In this document: one piece after another, positions 12,431 to 25,155 of the stretch
Numbering within the stretch: position 1 is the stretch's first letter
Layout of the letters: every line of letters starts with the position of its first letter
Assembly (NCBI GenBank): GCA_001938485.1
Contig: MQRK01241394.1
Span: 8,833-58,557 of the forward strand
DNA length: 49,725 bases
Source of the DNA: Girardia tigrina
Taxonomy: Eukaryota
Direction: 5' to 3'
Program-made: the position numbers and the translations under genes
The notes under the pieces: model-generated
Seen by the model: the letters and a program-made list of their open reading frames with translations, nothing else
Told to the model about the DNA's origin: nothing
Database searches by the model: none

Positions 12431-13879
12431 GTTTTGTTTGCTTCCGAATCTATTTCAGACTCTTAAAAGATTTTCTAAAATTTCGAAGAAAGGGAAGAAA
12501 TTAAAAAAGTGAAGAAATGATAAAAAAATAAATCTTGAGCGATATCGTTCAGAACTGAAATGTAATTGATGATTATATTAAACAGAGGAGTTTTCATACT
12601 TGAATTAAGCAACAAATGGAGTGTAAAGATAAACTATACAAGAACACAAAGGCCTAGAACGAACGACATTATAGAGAGAAGTAGCAATAGTATATACATC
12701 ACACATTTTCCTTGGGGAAGCTAATTATGGAAACAATATCGAGTCTAAAAAAATAATATGAGAACAAATCTCTACTGACATTTTAAACTATGATAATTTG
12801 AAGGAAGTGGTCGAAAAAGTAAATGAAGAAAACTTATAAAAATGTGATAGAATATAATAAAGTAAATTGATAAAAATTAAAACTATGGTTATAAATAAAA
12901 CGAAATTAATTAAAGATTTGGCGGAATTGAAAATTTAATTATCAAAATTTTGTTTGAAAATCTATGTTTGTTTTAGAATTAAATTTTTTGTGGTGAATAT
13001 AAATTTTGAATTTACTGATAATGAAAATGACATAAATGCGACTAACAATTAGGTTATTGATTGAACAGATTTGATTAGATAGCCAATCAGAGTCGTCATG
13101 AGATCGAGTTAAGAAAGATTTAGTCACAATTTTTGTTGAAATAAATGAATTGATTTTTAAGTCAGTGGTTTTTTTTATGTTAGGAGAATTTCAAGATATT
13201 TTGGTGATTAGAGTTTGAAAAATTATTGGCTCGAAAGAATTATTGAGAGCAGAAAATAATTTGCGAGGATAAATGTATATTATGCTTTGAAAGATCGTCG
13301 AGAGAGACAAAAGTTCTGAATTTTTGTGAGTGAAAATTGGGAAAAGATTATCGAGATCAAAAGGATTTGCAATTATTCTCGGAGAGTCAATTTGGAAGGT
13401 TAATTTATTGAAAAATTGATTGAGAATTCGAATTAGAAAAGATTAAATTTAAAATTTAAGTGATTGTAATTTTTTGTTGTTTGTGAGCAAATTATCGTTT
13501 TTGAATTTGAATTCGATGTTGTCTAAATTGAATTAAAGTGAATTTGAATAAAAAATATCAAAAACGATAGTTTGTCTTCTGTTTATTGAAAATCGACCCT
13601 CAATTAAAAATTATTTGAAAAAATAACAAAAAAAATCCAGTTTGAAATAAAAGGTTAGATAATTTGTGAAAAGATTATTTAAACGACTGAATAGTTTCTG
13701 CTATATGCCTATACCCTGAAATACTGCTACACCTTTTGATACCGAAAGAATTGTGAGTTTAAGGTAATTTCCTATATATTATTGAATTTAGAGAGACAGA
13801 GACACTGTGTGATAAATAGAAAGAAATATTTGCTGATTGACTGATATAAATAAAGAAATGTGTCGTAAAGAATGTTAAA

Positions 13880-14180
13880 TACTCCTACATCAAGCAGTGA
13901 GACTGCTACTCGGACATTCTCACCGATGAAATCTTTAATCGAATGGAGAACATCTCATATGGACCAGGGCAGAAACAGAGCTTGATAGCGCACATGAATT
14001 GCGTGGATGACTGTCTGATGGGGAGCTCCTTCGAGATCACTGACCGTTTCTTTTGTATTGACATTCGAATTATCTAGAGCTGAATTGATGTTCGAACCCT
14101 CCTCAATAAATTATATTTTTCCCTATCATTTTTCACGACCCGGACAGCCTTTACTGACAACCAACTGTGAAGTTGTGTCC
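13880..14180 (+). mobile_element. LTR retrotransposon (Gypsy-like) RT/RNase H remnant
   Basis: EIFNRMENI..HMNCVDDCLMGS (YxDD-like), followed by FHDPD. Confidence 0.45.
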
Positions 14181-15382
14181 ACTCTGTTATCAATCGTTAT
14201 TTTATAAGAGAAAAAATTTAGGTTTACTTATATTTCAAAAAAAAAACTTGTTTTACTGACAAGAAAAATCCAATTTAGATAAATCCAATTTATTAATTAA
14301 TAAACATTTAATTCATACTTTTTTAATTAAAAGACAATTTATAAAAAAACTATTTATTTGGATAACACAAAATCACAAATTTTTATATTTATTTAATTTT
14401 GTACTTTAACGGGTAACGGAGACATAAGATAAAGATAACTTATGGCAGTCAACCAAAAGATTATTGAGATGAAACTTCTGACTCTCAATGCAATCATATG
14501 TATTTGTTACATTGTAAAGTACGAAACGGTAAAGTAAGCATATCGTTTTCTCAAACGACAATTCATAGCAACCAATTGTTGGATTGCGTGAATGGAATTT
14601 ATACTGTTTTATGTATTTTCGCTTAATTTTAATGTAATGATTTATTGATAAAATGTTTTTTTAATTATTATATAGCCCTATTTAGTGTGGTAGTTTAAGG
14701 CACGGCGTGGATTGACCTGATCATAGTATTTTTATCTCGTCTTCTTTTTATCCTTTGTATGTTTTCGTGTATATTTTGTAAACATATTTATAGAAAATTG
14801 AAAATATTAAATTTAAAAAAATCCATTTCTAATTTTACAACAATCTTGTAATTATCATCTGATTTAGCCACCGATATTTTGTTTTGATAATTTTTTAAAA
14901 AAATCGTTTTTAATTCGGTAGAAAAATATTTTTTTAATTTTTTTTCAATATTAATTTAATAAATTTATTAAAAAAAGAAAAATAATGTAAAAATTGCTTT
15001 AAAATATTTCAATATTATATGAAAGTTAAAAATTCCAATTTAAACTAGTTATAGATAAATTATTTAAAAATAAAAATTCCTTTAATTAATTCACAAAAGT
15101 CGCAGTTTTATGTGAAGAAAAAAAATTTATTTTCAATTTAATTAACTTTATAGATTTTTTATTTTCAATTAAAAACAATTAATTAAATTTTAAATTTATA
15201 TTTAATTTGAAAAAAAATTTTATAAAAATATTTTTATTTATTTTTTGATTAAAAAAATATTTTTTTATTCAATTATTCTTAAAAATTCGATATAAAAAGA
15301 AAGAAATTTAATTCAAAAATTATTTTTTGGTAATCGTTTGACGACATCTATGAGTAACATAAGAAATGGGAATAAAATTTAC

Positions 15383-15465
15383 CTCGTGCTCATACTGTAT
15401 ACATATCCGTCTGTCTCTTCACAGTAAAGACATATAAAATCCCCTATGCATAGAAAGTCAGCCAT
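15383..15465 (-). CDS. ITPR: First coding exon of an inositol 1,4,5-trisphosphate receptor-like channel
   Basis: AAAAATG start and intact MADFLCIGDFICLYCEETDGYVYSMST(S), followed by a canonical AG|GTAAAT donor (phase 2). Matches the IP3R N-terminal FLxIGDxxxLY motif, in the variant form I recall from lophotrochozoan IP3R-like paralogs. Confidence 0.85.
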
Positions 15466-16976
15466 TTTTGGTAGTAAAAGTTAAACGGTTAATCACACAG
15501 AAATAATGAAAGAAACAGTTCCAACAGGACTATTTTAAGGGGAGATCACAATCAAGTGGCTGGCAAAATCAAAGTGAAACTGAAATTAGCCAATGATTAC
15601 AGATGCTAACTGTATTTACTTGATCATTCAGATTTCAGTATTTTTTGCCATTTTAATTTTCGATAATCGCCCCCCCCTTTATCCTTACTTCCGCTGACAT
15701 CGCGGTCGTTTAGGGTATATCGGATTTTGACGATTTGTTCGCGCTTTTCTCGTTGCACAGTGTCATAGTAAAAGAGAACAGTAACTCATTTGTTTCAGCT
15801 TGTAGGGGGTTTCAGATCGTTAGGAAGTACAAAATTTTAAAAAAAATTTATTATTTTTTTAGATCAACAATGATTTGAGTCAAAATGGTTTTTGTATGTC
15901 GATTTATAACTAATTAAATTTTATAAAGAAAATAATTAATTATTTTTAAAAAATATGTACTTGTTTTTTCTACAAAAATAAAATAATTCCTTTACCCTAA
16001 AAATAATATATAAAATATAAATTATGTAAAATATTAATCTATCGATAATTAATATCATCTTTCGCTGTAAATACTTTTTTTTATAAATTCTAATTTAATT
16101 ATTTAATTTAATTAAAAATAGTTCAATCAATCATTTTTTATGTATATAAATTAATTTCTGATTTCTGAAAGATTTTGTTCCAAATTAAAAAAAATATTTT
16201 TTTCTTTTTTTTTAATTTGTGATTATTTTTTATTTCATTATCTCAATTATCGTTTGAATTTTAAATAAAAAAAGAATATTTAATTTTTTTATACAAGTAT
16301 ATTTAACATTTATTATATAAAGTGATTCTAATGTAACTGGATCATAATAATTTTAAATTTATGAAAATATTATTATAATTATTATTATTTAAGATTTTTA
16401 AGATGATTTCACATATGTTGTTCATAGGATGAACCCTAGCATAATTGTACATTACAACAGTCTTTTTATTATTCACAAATATATTTGTATTTATCTTTCA
16501 AGCAACATGTATTTATACAGATTTAGTTAAGTAAATACAGAGTAAAATAAAATAAATAATAAATACCTTACATAGTTCAAGAAATGAGCTTCTTAAATAT
16601 TTCAGACTGATCATCTGTGGTTAATGTTAAAATAACCAAAATTCAAAACAGACATTTTAAGATTAATTAATAATTTTACTATTGATGTTTGCGTTCTAGA
16701 AGGATATAAGAACAAATTCTCATTCTACATTTAAAAGGAAGTTGTTAATATAATATTAATATAATATTAAATGGTAAAGTACTAAGGCAAATAATAATTT
16801 ATAAATATAAATATAAAAAGTTGGTGTAACACAACAAAAAAGTGTCACTGCTTTCTCTCATTAATATTTATTTTACATTGACTTTGAAAAATTCTGAAAC
16901 AAATTTTACATTCAAACGACATATATAAAAAATTAACTAATTAAAATATTAAATTAGAAATTAAAAACGAAATTTA

Positions 16977-17134
16977 CTGTGTTTCTCGAAATATAAGACA
17001 GTCCTATATTAATTTAGATGGAAAAAATACCATTAGGTCTTATACCAGCATATTTTAGGTCTTATATAAATATTCCAAAAGAAATTTGGACTAGGTCTTA
17101 TACAGGAGGATGTTTTATATTTGGAGAAACATGG
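16977..17134. mobile_element. Tc1/pogo-type MITE
   Basis: ~24-bp imperfect TIRs (CTGTGTTTCTCGAAATATAAGACA versus revcomp CCATGTTTCTCCAAATATAAAACA), TA on both sides, internal TAGGTCTTATA x3. Confidence 0.85.
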
Positions 17135-17224
17135 TACTGCTCTTTTATCATTATATTCTATTCAAAACTCTACTTTTAGAACCATAATTTTGTGTAGCGT
17201 TACTACCATATGACGTTATTATTT

Positions 17225-18110
17225 GCGTGGTGCGTTCAATAAATATCCGATTTAAAGTTAATAAATTGTAATAGCAAATTTTAATTTCAGTTATTGTTTT
17301 AAAATTCTAATTTAAAATCAAATGCATTAAAATTTTTATTGCAAAACTTTGAACTTTCTACAGTGCAATGATTTCACACGATGAATATCGCAACTTTATC
17401 AAGTTCTTTGTGTTGCAAGAGATAATGGGCAGTGGAATATTCGATCTTTTGCAGTCAATTTACTTACATAAATCACAAACTCTGGTAATTGTTAAATATT
17501 TGATCAAAGCATTTAAAAATAGGTTGCACCTTCGTTTAAGATAAATCAAAATCAGGACAGCCACAAGAACTTTTTGACACAGTTAATGAAAAATTGTAGA
17601 CGATAATCCAAGAAAGGCGTCAAATTACCATGATAATGTTGTCACTAACACATCAGTGTTGGTAAGTCAATGCTAGATCAAATTCGTACCTCGCTTCTTG
17701 ACTGATGAAATAATTAGAAACTGCTTGAATGGGGGTTGAATCTATTGGCAAATTTAATTACGGAAGATGAAACATCACTCAGTATGTATTTGCGGGAAAC
17801 AAAGAGTGATTCAGCAGAGTGGAAACGCTTGGAGAGAAACCATCTTTGAAGATTCGAGTGGGGGAAAGTCATAGACGAGCACTGATGGTTTCAATTTTCT
17901 GGGATCACAAAGACGTTATTCTTCTTAATTTAGTGGATAAAGGCATTACTATCAACGTTACCTATTACGGGCAACTTTTGGCAACCGCCAGAAAGAATAG
18001 ACGGAATCAGAAGAACACGCCTTTATGGTTTCTCCATGATAATGCCCAGCATTTCTCTGGTTACAATTAAAAATGCTGGATTATTGTTGGTGAATCATCT
18101 GCCTGTTCTG
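17225..18110 (+). mobile_element. Degenerate mariner transposon
   Basis: FVPRFLT, LITEDET, LMVSIFWDHKDVIL, TINVTYYGQLL, FLHDNA. Many stops and frameshifts. Confidence 0.9.
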
Positions 18111-20065
18111 CAAAAAAATGTACGCACGTTTTTCGATTGTTGATATAATTTTGCTAATACGCCTTTAGATCTTAATATATTTGAGCATTGTTTGCTAAAT
18201 TAATTACTTTTAAAAGTCTTTAAAATAAAGTAACAAGGCTGTTTTATTGATTTTTAATATTCTTCAACATTTTTAATGATTCATCTATTTTTGTTATTTC
18301 GACGAATATTTAGAATGGTGCAGTGTGTGTTGTATTTTGTATGTTGCTTTTAGTACTAATGCCCACCCAGAAGATCGATTGATATTTTTTAAAGTTTTGC
18401 AATTCAGAATTTAACATTTAAGATCCCTATTTATTATATTGTTGTTCTAAAATATAAATTAAATTTTAAAATTATTTATTTCAATTTTATCATAATTTCT
18501 CTTCTGATTTTTATATTTTTTACATTTAATTAAATATTTGTGGTGCTTATAAAGTAAAATCGAAACAGAGGAGAGTCTAGACATTTCAAACAGATAAATG
18601 TACAAGAAAAACCAAATTTATATATAATTAGGGACCCTTCCATTTGAATGGTATTAAGTAATTTTTCGGAGGTCCAAGACGCTGAAAATAACTTCAAATC
18701 TCTCGGTTAAATGAGACCGAGATTCCATCGAGTGTACTGGCAATCACTATCTCACTATTGACTGAAGCTCCACCAGCACAAACTCGCCTCAAAACTAAGC
18801 ACCGCATCCATCAAACTCAGGAAGTAGCAACGATAGATAAAATTAGTAAAACTTTGTTCATTATAAATATTTTTATTCTCACTTTGAAAATTACTTAATC
18901 TATAAAGTTCACCTAAAATTATATTAATTTCAATTTTTATTTGAAACAATCTCTGATAAATAATCTAAGTTGGAATACCGAAAGATTGTTATATATGACA
19001 AAAATATATAAACTATCGGGTACCCTTATCCCGATACACAAATTATATTACCAACATCCCCTTTTGATTATTTTAAGCTCGGTTGAAAAGAGAATAGGGG
19101 TAACATGATCACAATAGGTCCACCCATCCAGTCCAATTAAAACACCCTTAGTCCCCATCAGTTTGATTAGACGGACTCTGTTGTATACAAAGTGTCATAA
19201 AATTGTCTTCAATCATACAGATAAGTTCCTATTTAATACGAATTATTCATATAATTCTCGAAAGGAATTATTTTAGCAGATACAAAACAAAACAAACAAT
19301 AGTCAAATGGCAGTAGCATTTATAACTGGCAAAATGAATAAAACAGTAAGTAAACAAAATTCATCAAAATTAAACAGTCTAAAATAATGAAATATTATTT
19401 AGTTCTGTAAAATTAAACAAATAAAAAACGTTAAAATGTTTCTCAATATTGGAATCAATTATATGTAAAAAATATTTAATATTGGTCATGCATAAGTATT
19501 AATAATTCCAGGAGGATGGAAGAGTAATAAGAATGGAGGATGAGTTGTAGAAATGTACCTATGGTAAAGTGCATTCTTACTCGAACAATGGTGAAGAATA
19601 AAAGATTTATTTTAATTATTGTTATTTTGATAATTTAATAAATAAAATATTTCCCATAGATGTAACGCTCTTCCCGTAGCTGCTAATTTAAAATTCTAAT
19701 CAAGCAATTTTTAAGTCTTATTAATAAAATTAGAATTATAAATTGAATGCATATTAATTTACTAAAATTATTATTTTATTTTCTCATTCCCCGTCAAAAT
19801 CATACTGACGTGTAATAAACGTCAATAGGGATAATAAAATTCATGGTGACCCAACACTTGACCCGGCAACACTTACTAATGAAAATTGTTGCGAATTCAG
19901 AACTTGGTCTGCGAGAATGACAGCGATACAATCGCTCTTGTGGCCACAGGAAACCAAGTTTTGATGACGAAACATATTCATTTTGCTTGTGGCATCAGTG
20001 CAAAGATTAGTAATATGAAATGGAAATGTTCATTTGATGATGTAATACCAGGAAAGGATGACTGC

Positions 20066-20069
<4 letters not shown>

Positions 20070-20096
<27 letters not shown>
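20070..20096. repeat. (AT)n microsatellite
   Basis: Direct reading. Confidence 0.9.
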
Positions 20097-20099
<3 letters not shown>

Positions 20100-20461
20100 T
20101 TTTTTGTATTAAGGAATATTTTTATTTATATTATTTTATGTATTTCTTTTCCCTTTTACAGTTCATATAAGGAAGTCTTACTTTAAGGGACCACTCCTGT
20201 AAGGTGGAGTTAGGGTAAAGAAAAATTATAATTGTGAGGAATATTTTAAATTTGGTGTGTTGAAATTGGTTTGTTGAGTTTAGTATTTGGAAATGTGTTT
20301 CTCCCACCCAGGTGGAAAATTGATATTTTGAATGTTCACGATAAATAATTATTCGAGTCTAATTTACATTTTAAAGTAAAGTATAAGATATTTAAAAAAT
20401 TAAAAAATAATGGCAAATTATGTTTATAAACAAAAACACGCCATTTGTAAAATTTATTTTT

Positions 20462-20506
20462 TATGACAATTAATTTCGACGGTATAACCGTCATCGTCAG
20501 GTCTCA
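20462..20506 (-). ncRNA. Hammerhead ribozyme (PLE)
   Basis: GAC-CTGACGA-T-[GACGGT/tat/ACCGTC]-GAAA-TTAAT-T-GTC. Confidence 0.85.
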
Positions 20507-21120
20507 AGAAAAAAATAAATTTTAATTCTGCTTATATAGGCAAGCAGTGATTATGTCATCAATGGATTATTATGTCATCTAAACACGCTTAATAGGGTTT
20601 TCGAAAGACCCGTTTGCACATTAATCTTAGGATCTAAAGATCTGANNNNNNNNNNNNNNNNNNNNNNNNNNNNNNNNNNNNNNNNNNNNNNNNNNNNNAA
20701 TTTTAAAATCATTTATGTTTATGTTTTCATTCGACTTACAACCCTTTCTGTGTTCTGCAATATTACTCCAACCTACATTCCGACCATGTTCTTGGATTCT
20801 CTTACAAAGATGACGGGACGTCTCTCCAATGTATGTGGCATTACACCCATTACATGTAAATTTATATACGAGATCCGAACATAATCCAAATGAGGTTGGA
20901 AATTTATTACAAAATACATTTTGGATTTTATATGTTTGTGATATTATTTTGTGATATTATTTTGTTTGTGATATTATTATATCAGATCTTTAGATCCTAA
21001 GATTAATGTGCAAACGGGTCTTTCGAAAACCCTATTAAGCGTGTTTAGATGACATAATAATCCATTGATGACATAATCACTGCTTGCCTATATAAGCAGA
21101 TTTATAATTCATTTCTTTCT

Positions 21121-21165
21121 TGAGACCTGACGATGACGGTTATACCGTCGAAATTAATTGTCATA
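21121..21165 (+). ncRNA. Hammerhead ribozyme (PLE, inverted pLTR copy)
   Basis: Core identical to the 20462-20506 copy, on the opposite strand. Confidence 0.85.
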
Positions 21166-23171
21166 AAAAATAAATTTTACAAATGGCGTGTTTTTGTTTA
21201 TATTTAAAAAACTTTAAAAATATTATATCGTTTCAAATTTTAATATTAAAAATTTAAATAAAGTAAATAGTTTTAACTATGTTTTGAATTAAATAAATGT
21301 TCTTTCTTTCCATAAAATAATTATTTAAATAAAATTAATATGTAGATAAAATAATTACTAATATTACAAAATTAGAACTTTAAAAATAAAATCTGAAAAT
21401 AATGAAAAATTTGTTTGAATAATTGTTTATTAAAAAACATTAACTAAAAGTTATCAATTTAGAACGATATCGAATTACGAAAGACAATTCTGATTGTAAT
21501 GAAAATAAAAGTTCGAAAACCCATGTTGGTGTTCTTAATAATAATAATACTGCTATAATAAAAATGCTTAAACTTATTATATAACAAATTATTTTTAATT
21601 ACCCGGGGTGTAATTGATTAGTGTTATGGCCATAGATAATTGAAAAAAAATAATTAATAAAAATACTGTTTGTAATTTTTCATAAAAAACCAGAGAACGT
21701 TTTATCTGTTTTATACAATTCGGGTTCAATTTTAACGTTGCTCGAGTTTCAACTTTCCCGTGTCGTTGAGTGACTCGGCAAATCGTCGTTATGCTCGTTC
21801 TATCAGACGGATCCCATAGAAGCTCAATAAAAAGACGAAACCGTTTGGAAATAAACTGTTCTACGACAGATGTATCAAGTTGGTTTTTGCTGTGACGATA
21901 TTTTGTCTATTCGATTAGCTTGCGATCCACAAATCATTTTCGATTTATTTGAAAAGAAACATTGAACTTTGGATGTAATTGAAACTACTTTGACACTACC
22001 TATATTCTTGCAAAGGCTCTTCTTAAATGATCTAAATCCTTCCGAAAATGGTATTTTGATTGTTTGTTTGTGCTCTCCGATGTTTTTCTTTTAATCCTCC
22101 TTTAAGCCGTGTTTGTGAGTATAATTTGTCGATATAACTTTAATGTTGTAAATGAATAAATTTTAATAAATAGGTTTTAATAAAATGTCTTCTTTTAGTA
22201 CTCATTTGATCGGAAAGAGTGTGTGATATTTCAAATTGATATTGCACAAATATTCATTTTAAAATTAAAAATTCAGTATTATTGATTGCTGATTCTGTAG
22301 CGACCACAGATTATAAATTGCGGTTTATCTTCCTGTTCGGGATTCCCTACAATGTTCTTTTACCTTGTTAAAGTTCTTAATTATAATTCTTTTTTCAAGT
22401 CATCATTCCAGTACAGAATGTTAATTAAGACATCTTTATCAACATCAATAATAAAATAATCAGCTGAATTAATCTCTCAAAGTTAAGAAGCTCAATTTTA
22501 TACTCTTAGTATTCACAAATGGATATCGGCCTATGTTTGTGTTTATTTCTTCTACTGAAATAATTTGGGTACAATCTTCATGGAAGATTCCTCTCAAGAA
22601 TCAGTTGGCTAAAACGAAAGTTATGTCCAACCATGTCTTGTCTCAGGGTTCGGCATTTGAACTAAATACATTTTTAGGTCAGTTATTTTGTGCAACATAC
22701 CTTTCCCTGCATTTATAAAAAGACATGATTCTTTTTGTTAAGATAGGAATACTATCGTTTCGAATAGCTATAATAAAATATCCGAAAACGTACTTCCTAT
22801 TTACCCAATTTATCTGTTGTTGGGTAAGTTGATCTTTTTAAATGATATAAAAAGATAATTTTGAATTTTAACATCAACGACTTTGATAAATTTTGTTTTG
22901 GTAGGCTTCCTCTCGTTGCAACAGGTAATTTTATTCAATCATTTTGTATGATCAAAACTTGATTAAAATCAGGAGATTGTGCGATAAATATTATTAGATC
23001 AAATTTTTGTCAGTGGTTTTTTTCTATTTGTTTCGTGAGATAACAATATTGTTTTAGATTTAGATTGGAATTTTATTATTTCCTAGCTAAAATATACAGA
23101 GCCGATAGAATCAGTTTTAAAATATGTGTGGAGCTTATATATATAATTTGATTAAAGCTTTTTTTATATAA

Positions 23172-23218
23172 TTATTGGACATGTTTCGATGTTTACATAC
23201 ATCATCATCAGCAATTTT
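23172..23218 (-). ncRNA. Hammerhead ribozyme with canonical GUC cleavage triplet
   Basis: ATTG-CTGATGA-T-[GATGT/atgtaa/ACATC]-GAAA-CATGT-C-CAAT. Helix I ATTG/CAAT, palindromic helix III ACATGT. Confidence 0.88.
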
Positions 23219-23650
23219 CGGATGTTTAATATATGAATATTGAATTGTTTGAATAATACAATTTTAATAGATACATTTACTTTAAAAGGTATATTAGGGA
23301 TTTTATATTATTATTTATTAAAGAATTATTGGGTAATAATGGCAAAAATATTTTAATTAAAAATTTTAAGTATTGAAATAACCTTACTTTGCCCATTCTG
23401 AATGTTAATTGATGGGTTGTAGTGTCTTATTAGTAGAGATTCACAAACTGTCGTTCGTAATGTGAATCAAAACCCTTTTGTAGAACAGAAAACTCATCTT
23501 TTGAAATGGATGAGGCTCTATCCTTACAACATAACCAATGATCAAGAACCTTACTCGATCGACTCATTTGCGAGTGCTCGCTAATCCAGGTTTTGAGATG
23601 ACAGTTGTCTCTGCAATGTACGAGTTTTGACACTCGTGACAATTAAATTT

Positions 23651-23750
23651 ATATACCAGTGAATTTATTAAATTAAATTTATATTATACCGTGATAAATT
23701 ATATACCAGTGAATTTATTAAATTAAATTTATATTATACCGTGATAAATT
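23651..23750. repeat. Exact 50-bp tandem duplication at a PLE inversion junction
   Basis: 23651-23700 is identical to 23701-23750. Confidence 0.95.
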
Positions 23751-23849
23751 TAATTGTCACGGGTGTCAAAACTCGTACATCGGAGAGACAAATCGTCATC
23801 TCAAAACCTGGATTAGCATATATTTCATATATTTGATTTTTCTTATATT

Positions 23850-24113
23850 TGATTTTCATATCTTTCGGTCTTTCTAACATTATATCGTTGGACAACATTT
23901 CAAAACACGCGATGAAGTCAAGAAATGCATAGATGACTACATTGATTCGAAAGATGAAGACTTTTCACCAAAGGCATCTATTTGTTGCCACAAAAAGGGC
24001 AAAAGACCATAGATACTAATGGTGAATACTTTGAAAATTAATCGTACGCCACTTTTCTTTAAAAAATAAATAGCTTTAATTAAAAATGGTCGGAAATTTA
24101 TGCATCACCCTAA
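23850..24113 (+). mobile_element. Mariner 3' end with right TIR
   Basis: DFHIFRS..FKTRDEVKKCIDDYIDSKDEDF..GIYLLPQK..NGEYFEN*. TIR CGGAAATTTATGCATCACCCTAA followed by TA. Confidence 0.85.
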
Positions 24114-24324
24114 TAGTAATAAGAAACATTACTTATTTGATATTTTTTGTTAATTTAAAGTCTGTTCTTTAAAAATAATTATTCTTTTTATTCTCATTAA
24201 GCAACCTTTCGATTTTGATTTATCTAGTTGTAAACGTTGACAGTGCTTAGTATATTACGGTCAATGAAAATCTGGCATTATTTTGTTATTATTTAATATT
24301 GTCGGTGAAGTTTAATTTACTGGT

Positions 24325-25153
24325 ATATGATCATTTGGACGGAAGCGTCAATCGTCAAGACTGGATCATGTGGGCCGATGAAAATCCTCATTGGTTTGAT
24401 GTTCGTCGACTTCATCCTCAAAAATTGACAGTGTGGATGGGAATTGGTGTCGAAGGTGTTGTTGGCCCATACTTTACGAGCGACAAGGAAATGAGCGCGA
24501 AATCAATGGTTGTTGGATGACTGAATTGTATCAAGAGCACGTTATTCCAGAGCTTCAAACTTGCCCGAATTTAATGCTTTCATTGAGCAGCATGACGGCG
24601 CTCCGCCACACATTCTTGGAGATTTTCTTGAATTGTTGGGTCAGCAGTTTCCAAATCGATGGATAGGTCGCAGAACACGGGTGCATCCTGCTCCAGTTAC
24701 ATGGCCACCTCGCTCACCAGATCTTATAGCATGTGACTATGTTGTTGGGCTACATGAAAGGTCGAATTTATCATCGCGAACAACGTCCAAGCACACTCGA
24801 AGAGTTGAGAGCAGCGATTGAAGGAGTTGCCAATGAAATCCGTGGAGACCGCGCACTTCCTGAACGCCTTGTGGCCGACTACAGACGACGTTTGCATGAA
24901 TGTTTTCTTAGAGATGGAGGACAAGTTGAAATTCGATAATTAATTGTTGTTATGCTTTTATAGAATAAAAAGCTTGTTAAATTTTTCGTCTCAATTTTTT
25001 TTTAATTTTTGATGTTTTTTTTTATTTTTTTTATATACCATCAGAATTTGGCGGCGCTCAGGATTCTAAAAATGTATACTTTACCTATAAAAAAGTAGGT
25101 GGATAAAAAGATCCAATAGAAAAGTACCTTGGAGTTTATTTTGCGTCACCCTG
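24325..25153 (+). mobile_element. rosa/VS (DD41D-family) Tc1/mariner element, 3' half with right TIR
   Basis: HLDGSVNRQ..WADENPH..LHPQKLTVW..GPYF..QHDGAPPH..FPNRWIGR..WPPRSPDLIACD..GYMKGRIY. Ends ..CACCCTG followed by TA (CAGGGTG terminus). Confidence 0.9.
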
Positions 25154-25155
25154 TA

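Larger units (their letters stand above)
20395..21202 (-). mobile_element. 5'-truncated PLE (GIY-YIG and pLTR) with an inverted pLTR copy at its 5' end
   Basis: Minus strand LVYKFTCNGCNATYIGETSR..IQEHG. Near-identical inverted arms at 20425-20645 and 20982-21202 encode IRSLDPKINVQ..FR* and carry a TATA and a hammerhead. N-gap at 20646-20698. Confidence 0.92.
21935..23818 (-). mobile_element. Old PLE in canonical partial-tandem layout: inverted EN piece, EN C-terminus/pLTR, hammerhead, decayed ORF body
   Basis: EN fragment CHECQNSYIAET..HLKTWISEH. Body motifs YFIIDVDKDVLINIL and PFSEGFRSFK..VVSITSKVQCFFSNKS. Inverted copy at 23745-23818 reads CHGCQNSYIGETNRHLKTWIS. Confidence 0.8.
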
